From NCBI GenBank assembly GCA_963662275.1, contig OY759316.1:1184001-1248000 (forward strand): a stretch of DNA of 64,000 nucleotides. Direction: 5' to 3'. The DNA comes from Candidatus Cloacimonadales bacterium (lineage in GTDB: Bacteria > Cloacimonadota > Cloacimonadia > Cloacimonadales > DAONDQ01). The translations under genes and the position numbers were made by a program. Positions 19,699 through 29,676 of this stretch are shown piece by piece; position 1 is the first letter of the stretch; the number at the start of each line of letters is the position of its first letter. Under the pieces are notes generated by a model. The model was not told where the DNA came from and made no database searches. It was given only the letters and a program-made list of their open reading frames with translations.

Positions 19699-20721
19699 CT
19701 ATATCCTTTCTATCGGATAGTGTTTTCTGATCTCATTCACAACAGCTTCGGGATTGATTAATTTCATGCAATTATGATGACCTTCAGGACATACTCTTGC
19801 TCCATGGCTACCGCACGGGCGGCAGGGAAGATCAACTTCGAAGATCTTATCATTCTTACGATATGGATAATACCCGATACGCCTTACGGTAGGTCCAAAG
19901 AAGGCATATACGTCAGTTTTCATTGCATTTGCCAAGTGGAGAGCACCACTGTCATTGCAGATCAATAAACGACAGCGGTGAATGATTTCAGCGGATTCCA
20001 GGATACTGGTCTTTCCGGCTAGATTAATAGCAGAAATTCCCGCAGAAGTAATGATTCTATCGCATAATGCCCTTTCATCGGGGCTTCCTGTAAAAATGAG
20101 TGTATAACCTGAATCCGCTAGATCTTTGGTTAATTGAACATAAGAAGATTCTTCCCAGCATTTGGTCTTCCAGACTGAACCTGGTGCAATGGCAAGCATT
20201 GTTGTATGCTTCTTGATTCCTTCAAGCAGATGATTCACGTGCATTTTGTCTTTCTCGGAAGGGAATAATTCAGTCTGCATATCCCATTTCCGTTCAGATA
20301 AGATGGAAAGAAGATTCAGGTTGTTCAGGATACGATGTTGTCCAGATATCCAGGGGACTCTTTTTGATAGATTATACCTGGCAATATACCGGTCAAAACC
20401 AATCCTTTCCGGTATTCCTGCAAGTTTGAGTAATACAGAAGTAGTGAAGGAGCTATGGGGTGTAAGTACCATATCATACTGATTTTTACGCAGTTTAAAA
20501 ACCAGGTTGATGAGTGAGAATAGTTTGTTCTTCCTTTTATCGAATACAAGAATCGCATTCAAATACGGATTATTTGAAAGAATTGACTTGGTTTCCTTGA
20601 TAACCATCGCATCGATTTTAGCATTTGGGAATAACTGGTTTATAGCTCGTATCAATGGTGTGATAAGGATGACATCTCCCACAAATGCAGTCTGTACGAC
20701 GAGAATTCTTTTATCATTCAT
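19699..20721 (-). CDS. waaF: LPS heptosyltransferase II-like GT9
   Basis: ILVVQTAFVGDVIL, APGSVWKTKCW, NDSGALHLA, FFGPT, CRPC. Confidence 0.75.
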   Translation of the reverse strand: MNDKRILVVQTAFVGDVILITPLIRAINQLFPNAKIDAMVIKETKSILSNNPYLNAILVFDKRKNKLFSLINLVFKLRKNQYDMVLTPHSSFTTSVLLKLAGIPERIGFDRYIARYNLSKRVPWISGQHRILNNLNLLSILSERKWDMQTELFPSEKDKMHVNHLLEGIKKHTTMLAIAPGSVWKTKCWEESSYVQLTKDLADSGYTLIFTGSPDERALCDRIITSAGISAINLAGKTSILESAEIIHRCRLLICNDSGALHLANAMKTDVYAFFGPTVRRIGYYPYRKNDKIFEVDLPCRPCGSHGARVCPEGHHNCMKLINPEAVVNEIRKHYPIERI

Positions 20722-20728
20722 AATGCTA

Positions 20729-21772
20729 TTACTCTTGATCCAGAAGCTTCAGACATTGAGTTGCCATTTTAGGTAAATCGATTGTAGTAAAGCAATCATA
20801 TACGGGACAATGTTTTCGACATCCGTATTTAAAGGAACAGTTCACATCAGGTTGGACATATTGAACCTGGGAATTATTAATGATACCCCATCGTATCGGC
20901 GATTGAATGAGTATCTTGGGATACACAGCAACGATCTTTTTTTGCATACATCCGGCAACATGTGTTGGTCCTGTTGAAGCTCCGATGTATAAATTAATAT
21001 ACTGTAACAAAGCAGCAAAATCAAGTATAGAACCGTCATTAATGAAAGTATGAAGTCTTTCAGCTTTCATATCGAAGTACTTATGTAATAAAGGTTCATC
21101 ATTGCGAACAGAGGATATGATGATGTGAACATCCTGGTCTTGCTCCAGGATTATTTTTACTAAAGATACGTATTGTTCCAAGCTGAGATTCTTAGTGGAA
21201 CCCCCGGTAAAAGGATGAACCAGGATTACTTTAGCAACTGGAGGGATGCCCATTTTTGAGAAATTAGCAGCAGCATGATCTTGATATTCAGGAGGGAAAA
21301 ACAGTTCTGAATCGCAATCCTTGAATTTATCAAATAGGGAAGGATTTAGATGTCGTACTAAATCAAGATTGTACATAGCTTCATTCTTTTTTGCCTGGGA
21401 GCGATGTTGAATTACACCTTGGGGATACGAAAAGAATGAGCTCAGTTTTGATAAGGGTCCAATCTTTATTTTTGCTCTACTCTTTTTTGCTAAACGGCTG
21501 ATGAAAGAGTCCGTAAATAAGGCAATAAAGACATCCGGATGCTCTTGAAGTAATAGTTTCAGTAATGCATCATAACTCAATGTGTCTATTGTAATTATCA
21601 AATCAATATATGGATTAAAACGAACCAGGTCAAACGTATATTGCTTGACTAGTAATATGAGTTTACAGTGAGGATACATCAGGCGTAATCTCTTAATTGA
21701 TGGAAAGCTAAGAACTAAATCACCCATTCGATCCGTGCGTGAGAGTATGATTGTGGGATTATCCTTGAGCAT
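20729..21772 (-). CDS. GT9 glycosyltransferase
   Basis: RTDRMGDLVL, VHPFTGGS, STGPTHVA. Confidence 0.85.
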   Translation of the reverse strand: MLKDNPTIILSRTDRMGDLVLSFPSIKRLRLMYPHCKLILLVKQYTFDLVRFNPYIDLIITIDTLSYDALLKLLLQEHPDVFIALFTDSFISRLAKKSRAKIKIGPLSKLSSFFSYPQGVIQHRSQAKKNEAMYNLDLVRHLNPSLFDKFKDCDSELFFPPEYQDHAAANFSKMGIPPVAKVILVHPFTGGSTKNLSLEQYVSLVKIILEQDQDVHIIISSVRNDEPLLHKYFDMKAERLHTFINDGSILDFAALLQYINLYIGASTGPTHVAGCMQKKIVAVYPKILIQSPIRWGIINNSQVQYVQPDVNCSFKYGCRKHCPVYDCFTTIDLPKMATQCLKLLDQE

Positions 21773-22520
21773 GCTTTTCCCAGAGCTTTAAATATTTCAA
21801 ATATACCGAGAAAGAGGAATTGATTGAAAGAACCAGCCCCACTTTGCCATCCAGGAAGCCTTTTTTTATAAAATACATCTGCAAAAACTTGGAAATGGAA
21901 TGAAATACAGCATCATGAATTTGGGCTCTCTTGCCGTTTCTGAACTGATCTTCTGCCCAATAATCCGCATAGGAATTCATCTTATGTATGTATGAAGTTA
22001 AATCAGGATACGTATAATGCTTGAGCAGTTCATTAATATGACCGGTTCTACCTGTGACGAGAATGGATTCATGAACCAGCTTATCGTTGAAATGACCTTT
22101 TCCTTTTCGGAATAAACGTAGAGGTGAGTCTTTATCCCATCCTGAATGACGTATCCATTTTGTTAAATAAAAGGAAATACGATTGATATGATATCCGTCT
22201 AGAGCATTCGGATCTACAATTACCGATTCAATTCTTTTCGCAAGTTCTGGAGTGACTTCCTCATCTGCATCAATGGATAATATCCAGTCAGAAGTAGCTT
22301 TGTCAATAGCCATCTGTTTTGATTTGCTAAAACCATACCAGTCAATAGTAGTAACATTGCATGTGTATTCCTTACAGATATCAACCGTATGATCTTCTGA
22401 GCCTGTGTCTAAAACGATGATTTCATCAGCCCATTTTACCGATTCCAGGCAACGCCTGATATTATGTTCCTCATTTTTGGTAATGATGGTGACGCTTAAC
22501 TTAGGACTTCTGCTGGTCAT
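21759..22520 (-). CDS. GT2 glycosyltransferase (WaaE/KdtX-like)
   Basis: LSVTIITKNEE, DTGSED.T, IDADE, VHE, GFLDG; start placed at MTSRSP. Confidence 0.85.
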   Translation of the reverse strand: MTSRSPKLSVTIITKNEEHNIRRCLESVKWADEIIVLDTGSEDHTVDICKEYTCNVTTIDWYGFSKSKQMAIDKATSDWILSIDADEEVTPELAKRIESVIVDPNALDGYHINRISFYLTKWIRHSGWDKDSPLRLFRKGKGHFNDKLVHESILVTGRTGHINELLKHYTYPDLTSYIHKMNSYADYWAEDQFRNGKRAQIHDAVFHSISKFLQMYFIKKGFLDGKVGLVLSINSSFSVYLKYLKLWEKHAQG

Positions 22521-23565
22521 GTTGATCTGATTCCAAGTAGATAGCTGATTGTTCTTGTGACAAATCAATATTTAAGATAGACATAACTTTAGCATAAGCT
22601 TCTTCCTCGGGGATTCCAAAGGAAAAGTCAGTTTTATTGTATTTCTCTCGATTTGACAGGCAATAATGTTCCGGGAAAACAGAATGCGGACACCAATTCA
22701 AAGGATTCGTGGGTCCAAAGAAAGCCAGTGAGGGTGTTTTTGTGACAATGGAAATGTGATTTAATCCTCCATCATTGCAGACCAGGAGTGAACAATGAGT
22801 CAGGAGAGCAGCCCCTTGGTTCAAAGTCGTCTGGGGAGCTAAGATAGGCTTATTTTCCATTAACGAAATAAGTTTCTTCACGTCCGCTTCTTCTGACTTA
22901 GCCCACAGGATAATGACTTGATAAGATGTTGAAGACAGGATTCTATCTGCAAGTTGCGCATAGTATTGGATACCCCATTTCTTTTTCAGCGAAGGACTGC
23001 CAGGTGAAAAACAAATCAGCTTTTCATTTAAGAGATCCTCTTTTTCTAACCATTCTCTGATGTAAGAGTAAGATTCCTTTTTGATATGATAATATAATTC
23101 GAATGGTTCTTCTTTGATTCCCAGCGGTTGGAGAAGATCAAAACGCATTGATGCACTGTAACGCTCAATAGCTCGGTTAGCTTTAAGATTATAAATCCAG
23201 CTCCATTTCAGATGCCCGAAGCCTAAACGATATTTAGCACCACTAAAGAAGACGATTTGTGCAGTTCCAACTCCAGATTGCTGGTCAATTACCAATGAAT
23301 ATCTGCGACTCCAGATAAGGGAGAATATGCGACAGCGTTCAACAGAATATCGAATGTTCTTATATCGCTTGAAAGTGATCACTTTTGAAATGATGGGATT
23401 ATCTTCAAGAATTGAATCAAAAGGCTTGGATACCAGGAAGTCTATCCGAGCCTTGGGAAACTTTTTTTGAAGAGCAGCCAGGTAGGATGTATTCAGCAAT
23501 ACATCACCAAAAGGTTCTAACTGGATAATTAAGATAGTTTTGATTTTCTGATCATCAATTTTCAT
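22501..23565 (-). CDS. GT9 glycosyltransferase
   Basis: GDVLL, SPGS...KKW, NDGG..HI, FFGPT. Confidence 0.85.
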   Translation of the reverse strand: MKIDDQKIKTILIIQLEPFGDVLLNTSYLAALQKKFPKARIDFLVSKPFDSILEDNPIISKVITFKRYKNIRYSVERCRIFSLIWSRRYSLVIDQQSGVGTAQIVFFSGAKYRLGFGHLKWSWIYNLKANRAIERYSASMRFDLLQPLGIKEEPFELYYHIKKESYSYIREWLEKEDLLNEKLICFSPGSPSLKKKWGIQYYAQLADRILSSTSYQVIILWAKSEEADVKKLISLMENKPILAPQTTLNQGAALLTHCSLLVCNDGGLNHISIVTKTPSLAFFGPTNPLNWCPHSVFPEHYCLSNREKYNKTDFSFGIPEEEAYAKVMSILNIDLSQEQSAIYLESDQHDQQKS

Positions 23566-23573
23566 AATTATTA

Positions 23574-23951
23574 CTACCTATATTTTACATATTCCTTTTC
23601 TTCAATCACAGTGGAACCGGTCTCAACATTAATAAGCTTTTTGATTTCAGATCGTATATCATTTTCAAAATAGACGCAACGAGCCAATTGAATGAACTCA
23701 TCATCAAATTCCTGTTTTGATTCCTTGATTCTTAACTTGTCTTCAATATCCCATAAGCGCATATTTACTGCTAATAAATCCTGATAATGCTTGGAATTAT
23801 CATCAATACCGATGTCCTGCATGGATTGGTTTAAAAAGTCGTATTCAAGTTTAATATTTGCAAGCTTTTCCGTTGATTTGATCCTGTTCAGCTTAATATA
23901 CAGGATCGTCACTTTATCGACAATTTCGCCATTTGCTACTTCAATTTTCAT
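23574..23951 (-). CDS. DUF6165 family protein
   Basis: GEIVDKVTILYIK, LWDIED..R..E....FD.EFI.LAR.VY..ND.R..IK..IN...GS...EEK.Y. Confidence 0.75.
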   Translation of the reverse strand: MKIEVANGEIVDKVTILYIKLNRIKSTEKLANIKLEYDFLNQSMQDIGIDDNSKHYQDLLAVNMRLWDIEDKLRIKESKQEFDDEFIQLARCVYFENDIRSEIKKLINVETGSTVIEEKEYVKYR

Positions 23952-24308
23952 TACGATTACACCTCATAGTTAATATCGAAAAATGTAGTTGATAACCTGG
24001 CAAATATTACTCTCTGTGATATTCAGTCAAGAGTTAAATCAGACCGGAATTATCATATGCTTTCGGTAGTTCACCCTTTAGGCTTGGTGGAAACTCCTTC
24101 AGGTGTTTTCTTCTCTTCTCTTCTCTTCCACTTTTAGTTTTTAGTTATTAGCTTTTAGTCTTTTATGACAGACAGATCTAATTGTTCTGTCTTTTTGTAA
24201 TTTGGAATTCGTATTGATTATTCTCATCTTGCCTTCTTGCCTTCCCCCCTTCTTCAAATGACCCTTAAATGACCAATACATGTGAGATTAAAAACCAGGT
24301 AATCTGGA

Positions 24309-24412
24309 GCTAATCAGAAACTAAAATACTTTAGGAGCTGGTTAGTATCTGACTAGTACCTGATTAGTAGCTGGTTATTATCTCATTTTGGTGCCAATAG
24401 AGTATCATAAGG
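24309..24412 (+). repeat. Dispersed repeat of about 100 bp, second copy at about 42612-42705
   Basis: GCTAATCARAAACTAAAATACTTTAGGAGCTG...TATCTCATTT..TGCCAA...CATAAGG at both sites; the 24.3-kb copy has one extra 11-bp unit. Confidence 0.85.
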
Positions 24413-24667
24413 TCATAATCATGTTATCCTAGACTTATCGTAGATCACATAATCTACTCTGTTGCTACAAGCGACAAGCTACAATCTACAAGCGTATGTC
24501 ATTCTCGAGGAATCGGGAATCCAGGACTACTTTACACATGGAACCTTATGCCAATTCATAATTCTTAATTTTTAATTCTTAATTGGCGTAGCCTGTCACC
24601 TTCTGTCTTTTCTGTTGACAGGAAAAAGAATGATTGCAATGAATAAATTCATAAGAGGGATAAATGA

Positions 24668-25138
24668 ATGGATAATACAAGTTTAGATTTTAACTCCCGG
24701 AAGCATGACGTTTTGAGTAAAGCAGTAATAAATCAATTCGTTCCAAAGTTTATGCCGGATGCGGTTTTAGTTTATTCCACTCTAGCAATTGATTCTCCTG
24801 AGCTCGATAAAAATCTTCAAGTTAAGTTATGTATTCCAACTGACAATTCTCAGACATTACCTGATATTATTTTATATAAATCTGATTCCAACTGGCTAGT
24901 ATTAATCGATTTGATTACCAAGCATGGAACAATGGATAGTAATCGATGCAATGAACTGATTGAAGTGTTTAAAGATACTCCTGCAGAATTGGTTTTGGTA
25001 AATGCATATCGTAATAAAAAGGAAATGAATGAGTCTCAAACTGATTTAGCCTGGGGAACAAATGCCTGGTTTGCCGAAGAACCGGAACATATGATACATT
25101 TTGATGGAAATCACGTTGTAGAACCGTACAAGAAGTGA
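24668..25138 (+). CDS. Stand-alone BsuBI/PstI restriction endonuclease C-terminal domain
   Basis: LPDIILY....NWLVLIDLITKHG..D..R..EL, LAWGTNAWFAEEPEHMIHFDG; N-terminal HTH domain absent. Confidence 0.75.
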   Translation: MDNTSLDFNSRKHDVLSKAVINQFVPKFMPDAVLVYSTLAIDSPELDKNLQVKLCIPTDNSQTLPDIILYKSDSNWLVLIDLITKHGTMDSNRCNELIEVFKDTPAELVLVNAYRNKKEMNESQTDLAWGTNAWFAEEPEHMIHFDGNHVVEPYKK

Positions 25139-25294
25139 CTATTCAGTAATTTCTTCTTTTTTACTTCTTGACGTTTTTTTCCTATAGTTCGATTTGTTTA
25201 AAAATTCTTTTGATAGATTTACAGGCAATGAATATGATATAAAATCGGTGGGAGGATAAAATGCAGTTCATTACAATCAATAATCTTAATCACA

Positions 25295-26242
25295 ATGAGT
25301 ATAAAAATGAAGAAAACTAAAGATCAGGTCAGCGAACAGGAGCCAAGCTTAAAGTCGTATTATGTCGCTCCCAATATATCCAAGAAATTGGCTATAGGAA
25401 GCAAAAGAATCTGTGATTGCGGTCCGACAAATATCAATTGCATGACTCCTAAGGAATGGATGAAATCCCAAATCGGTGTTTGGCAATTTACCTATGATAA
25501 ACGTGATGTTAGAGATAAAACAGTTCATCCTGCTACGTTTCCTATTAATTTATCGAACAAGATTGTTAGTTTATTTACCCATAGAGGTCAGCTTGTCATT
25601 GATCCTTTTGTTGGAAGTGGAACTACCATGCTTTCATGTTTAGAATTACATCGTAATTGTGTCGGTTTTGATTTAAATGAAGCCTATATCGAAGTCTGTC
25701 GAACAAGAGTAGCCCAAGAGCTTTCTTTTTCAGATACAAAACAGATTGGAATATGCAATGATGCTCGTAATATCAATCAATATATTGAAGATAATACCGT
25801 GAGTTTAGTCTGGACATCTCCTCCATACGCTAATCTTCTCAATCGTAAAAGACAAAACAAATCACGCAGAGACAGGCTGAATGATCAATTTGATAAGGTG
25901 GAGCAATACTCACAGGATGAAAGAGATTTAGGAACCTATGATATTGAGAAATGGACAAAGGAAATGGGAGATATCTTTGAAGCTCTATTGCCTCTAATGA
26001 AAACAAAAGCTCATTGTGTCATTAATGTACCTGATTTTTGGTGGGAGAATAAGAGGATAGTTCTGCATGTTTTCCTGATTGAAGAATTGCATAGAAGAGG
26101 TTTTGAACTTCGTAACACGATTATCTGGGATAGAACCAATATCGTCAATAATATTGGCATCTTCGGTTGGCCTAGTAATTACATCACCATGGGAACTACT
26201 TTTGAATATCTTTTAGATTTTTGGAAACCACCCAAATCCTGA
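25295..26242 (+). CDS. DNA amino-methyltransferase, probably N4-cytosine, alpha-type motif order (M.MvaI-like)
   Basis: HPATFP, motif I DPFVGSGTT before motif IV TSPPY; adjacent to an MvaI/BcnI-family endonuclease; exact start uncertain. Confidence 0.85.
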   Translation: MSIKMKKTKDQVSEQEPSLKSYYVAPNISKKLAIGSKRICDCGPTNINCMTPKEWMKSQIGVWQFTYDKRDVRDKTVHPATFPINLSNKIVSLFTHRGQLVIDPFVGSGTTMLSCLELHRNCVGFDLNEAYIEVCRTRVAQELSFSDTKQIGICNDARNINQYIEDNTVSLVWTSPPYANLLNRKRQNKSRRDRLNDQFDKVEQYSQDERDLGTYDIEKWTKEMGDIFEALLPLMKTKAHCVINVPDFWWENKRIVLHVFLIEELHRRGFELRNTIIWDRTNIVNNIGIFGWPSNYITMGTTFEYLLDFWKPPKS

Positions 26243-26255
26243 TAAAGGAGCTTGC

Positions 26256-27041
26256 ATGTTAGAAGTCTATTCTAAAGAAGAGATTATTGCAAAGCTGAAA
26301 GAGATTAAAAACCTGGGCTGGGTTAAGAATACCAGGCAAGGGAATGACGGCTCAGTTGGTAATATGCTAGAAGATTTACTCGGTATTCCTGAGAATAACT
26401 TTGCCGTTGCTAATTCAGGTGAATGGGAAATCAAAGCCAAAAGAAAGAATTCTTCATCGTTAATGACACTCCTACATAATGAACCATCTCCCAGGAATGC
26501 AGACCTCGTTTCTAAATTACTTTTACCATGTTATGGCTGGAAACACCAACAAGCTGGAATTAAATATCCAGAACATGAAATGAGTTTTCGGCAGACGATA
26601 TATTGTAAAAGATACAGCGACAGAGGTTTTACGGTTTTATTAGATAGGAAAGAAGAAAAGATAACTATCAAATTCGATTACACAAAGGTTGATGAACGTC
26701 ATTCGGTATGGTTAAATGAAGTTAAAAATAGAATTGGTTTAGCAGATATTAATCCTGTTCCGTATTGGGGCTTTCGTGATGTCGGGGCACATATCGGAGC
26801 AAAGCTAATCAATTGCTTTTATGTAGCTGCTGAAGTGAAGAAAGAAGATGGGCAAGAGTATTTCCAATATTCTGATATAAAGATGCTCAGTACTTTCTCA
26901 TTAGAAAAATTCATTGATGCCCTTGAACATGATCTGATCTATGTGGATTTCGATGCCAGAACCGGTCATAATCATGGTACTAAATTTAGAATCAAAGAGA
27001 ATTATATCCATTTGCTGTATGCGAATGTGAGGGAGATATAG
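26256..27041 (+). CDS. MvaI/BcnI family type II restriction endonuclease
   Basis: [27 protein letters not shown]...[15 protein letters not shown]. Confidence 0.85.
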   Translation: MLEVYSKEEIIAKLKEIKNLGWVKNTRQGNDGSVGNMLEDLLGIPENNFAVANSGEWEIKAKRKNSSSLMTLLHNEPSPRNADLVSKLLLPCYGWKHQQAGIKYPEHEMSFRQTIYCKRYSDRGFTVLLDRKEEKITIKFDYTKVDERHSVWLNEVKNRIGLADINPVPYWGFRDVGAHIGAKLINCFYVAAEVKKEDGQEYFQYSDIKMLSTFSLEKFIDALEHDLIYVDFDARTGHNHGTKFRIKENYIHLLYANVREI

Positions 27042-27336
27042 ATTATGGGAAACAGAAGTCAGGATTGCTGATAATCCTGATCATATGATACACTTTAATG
27101 GAAGTAAGTTTATGGGACCGTATTAGAGGTGATTAAGGTTTGTTAATATCGTTTAAACTTAAATAAAATGTACTGTACAGTACTGTACTTGTTACTTAAG
27201 TATTTTAGAATTAATAAAAGAGGTGTTATGTGAAATTTTATACACTTTACAGCTATCCTTAGTACTTTCCCACCCTTTTCTTGACATATAAAATCAAATA
27301 TTTTTCTATTTCTGATACAACACAAAGGAGGATATC

Positions 27337-28130
27337 ATGCGTTGGATTTGTATAATTTCATTGATTTTTACTTTTTGCTTTTCGCTGTTTGCTTCCAGTA
27401 CCCCTCCTGGCTCAATAGACATGGTCTATGTGGAAGGCAGTTCTTTCACCATGGGCGATACAGCCGGTGGAGGATCAAGCGATGAAAAGCCCACTCACCA
27501 AGTTACGCTTTCATCTTTTTATATCGGTAAATATGAAGTAACGCAAAAACAATGGCAGGAAGTCATGGGTAATAATCCATCATATTTCAAAGGCGATGAT
27601 CTACCTGTAGAACAGGTTAGCTGGTATGACTGTGTGGATTTCTGCAATAAACTGAGCCAAAAAGAAGATTTAACACCCTGCTACAGTGGAAGCGGAGCAA
27701 AAATCACCTGCAATTGGAATGCAAATGGTTATAGACTTCCTACGGAAGCAGAATGGGAATATGCTGCTAAAGGCGGTAATAAAAGTAAAGGTTTAAGATT
27801 TTCTGGAAGCAAAAAACTTCGTAGCGTGGCATGGTATTATGGTAACTCTTCCAAAACCAACCAGGTTGGACAGAAGCAGGCGAATGAACTTGGCATATAT
27901 GATATGACGGCAATGTCTGGGAATGGTGCTGGGACTGGTATGATAAAAGCTATTACAGTAAGAGCACTGCATCCAACCCGCAGGGTGCAGATGCGGGCTC
28001 GTACAGAGTCTTGCGGGGCGGTTCGTGGAACAGCTTCGGCTTCAACTGCCGTGTTTCCTGCCGCCCCGACTATTTCTCTCCCGACTGCGGGTACTTCTTC
28101 ATTGGGTTCCGTTTGTTTAGGGCTAAATGA
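27337..28130 (+). pseudogene. Secreted FGE-sulfatase/CLec-fold protein with a 1-nt deletion near 27908
   Basis: Signal peptide, [39 protein letters not shown]; continues in another frame as [11 protein letters not shown]...RVLRGGSW...IGFRLFRAK* (TGA 28128-28130). Confidence 0.85.
28011..28120 (+). other. Putative DGR variable region (VR)
   Basis: RGGSW-to-GFR segment dominated by NNC codons; by hand count 11 A and 62 G+C in 110 nt, against an AT-rich background. Confidence 0.65.
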
Positions 28131-28405
28131 TTGGGTTTTGAGTTTTTGTTCTTTGGGCTTTCTTCAAGCTTTTAGCTTTCTGTGACATAAGATTGTATCT
28201 TGTTATAACCTGAAGTTTGCAACTGTAGGAGTCTCGTAACATAGAGTGGTACTCTGTTGTATGAGCGGATTGGTAATCCCCGATGGAAGTACAATTCGAC
28301 AATACCATTATCGATTACAACACATTGCCAATGTTAGTTACAAGATTGTCGTCCTGAAGGGCTCCAAGATTCCTGAAGTAATCTTTACGTTTCCTGAAGA
28401 AAACA

Positions 28406-29659
28406 CTACAAGCTAGAGGAAGTGAATAATTCTGCCAATTGCTTTGTCCTGTTCTTTGCTTCATATTTCTGAATTTCTTCCCAATTTGGATTGTGAATGA
28501 ATGACTTGGACTTAAAAGCAGCCTGGAAATCTAAAAGAGCTTGCATGATTTCTTTCTTATCATCAATATCAACTGTAATCCCTGTTTGCGTCTTAGAAAT
28601 GAATTGAGCTAAATCACTGTGCTTGTCGTTTAACAGGAGAATTGGGCGATTCGATCGAATACATTCGAATGCTTTCCCTGGAAATGTCCCATTCAGTTCT
28701 TTATTTTTTAACAGCATAATTAACAGAACATGAGAATTCATGAGGTTTTCAAGGCTCTGTTTGTGGGGGAGAAAACCGTGGAAAAGGAGTAATTTATGAT
28801 CGATGAGTTCTTTAAACTTTTTGCTGAATGTTTTATAGGGATATTTTGTTGAAAGATTTAATTGAATCCTAATCGAATGCTGCTTATAAATCTCCAGAAT
28901 CGCATCTGCGATTGGATCAAGCGGAACTAGTGAACTGACACTCCCTGAATAACCGATGGTTAAAACATCAAGATCTAAATCATTCACATCAGTATTCGTG
29001 GAGGGAAAATCAGCATCATCATATCCATTATAGAGAAATTCGAATTTATCCTGGAATTGAGGGTATCTTTCTTGATATATCTTCGCAATCGATTCAGATA
29101 CCTGGATGATGTGATCTGCATCACTAAAGCAGGTTTTCTCTAAATCACACTTTCTTTGATATAAATCGTTATGATAATTTCTATCGCTATAGATATTCAA
29201 GGTAAATGGATCCCTAAAATCAATGATGATCGGTATTCCGAACTTTCTTTTCAGTGTTGATACGATAGCCATCAGGGAAAAGCTGGGTACGGTCATATAT
29301 ATGGCTTCTATTTTCATTTGTTTCGTGATCCTGTCTATTTCCTTGATAAGGTAAGGAAGCCAGAGGATATATTCATCAGGTAAATAATTCAATAATCCCA
29401 TGCTGCGCAGCATCTTTTTTACTTCACCAGGCAAGAATTTCGGGAAATTTGGGAAGAAAGGTCTGATTATTTGAATATCACTCGGGATTTCCTCTAGCAT
29501 GGAAGGATCTTTTATCATTTTTGAAGACCATGTGGGAGGAGTTAAGACAATTGGATTCCAACCAACCTGGGGTAAGTATTTAACAAATTTGGTAACTCTC
29601 TGGACACCAATCCCTCCAATTGGAGGAAAAGAGGTTGATATGATAATGCAGTTCTTCAT
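28406..29659 (-). CDS. GT4 glycosyltransferase
   Basis: FPPIGGIGVQRVTKFVKYL...GW, DFRDPF, NGYD..DF, PGKAFE. Confidence 0.85.
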   Translation of the reverse strand: MKNCIIISTSFPPIGGIGVQRVTKFVKYLPQVGWNPIVLTPPTWSSKMIKDPSMLEEIPSDIQIIRPFFPNFPKFLPGEVKKMLRSMGLLNYLPDEYILWLPYLIKEIDRITKQMKIEAIYMTVPSFSLMAIVSTLKRKFGIPIIIDFRDPFTLNIYSDRNYHNDLYQRKCDLEKTCFSDADHIIQVSESIAKIYQERYPQFQDKFEFLYNGYDDADFPSTNTDVNDLDLDVLTIGYSGSVSSLVPLDPIADAILEIYKQHSIRIQLNLSTKYPYKTFSKKFKELIDHKLLLFHGFLPHKQSLENLMNSHVLLIMLLKNKELNGTFPGKAFECIRSNRPILLLNDKHSDLAQFISKTQTGITVDIDDKKEIMQALLDFQAAFKSKSFIHNPNWEEIQKYEAKNRTKQLAELFTSSSL

Positions 29660-29676
29660 GGTTGAACTACACTCTC

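Noticed and set aside
27909..28185. C-terminus of the 282-aa ORF as given in the track ([10 protein letters not shown]...)
   Set aside because: This is out-of-frame read-through after the deletion; the conserved FGE motifs are in another frame ending at 28130
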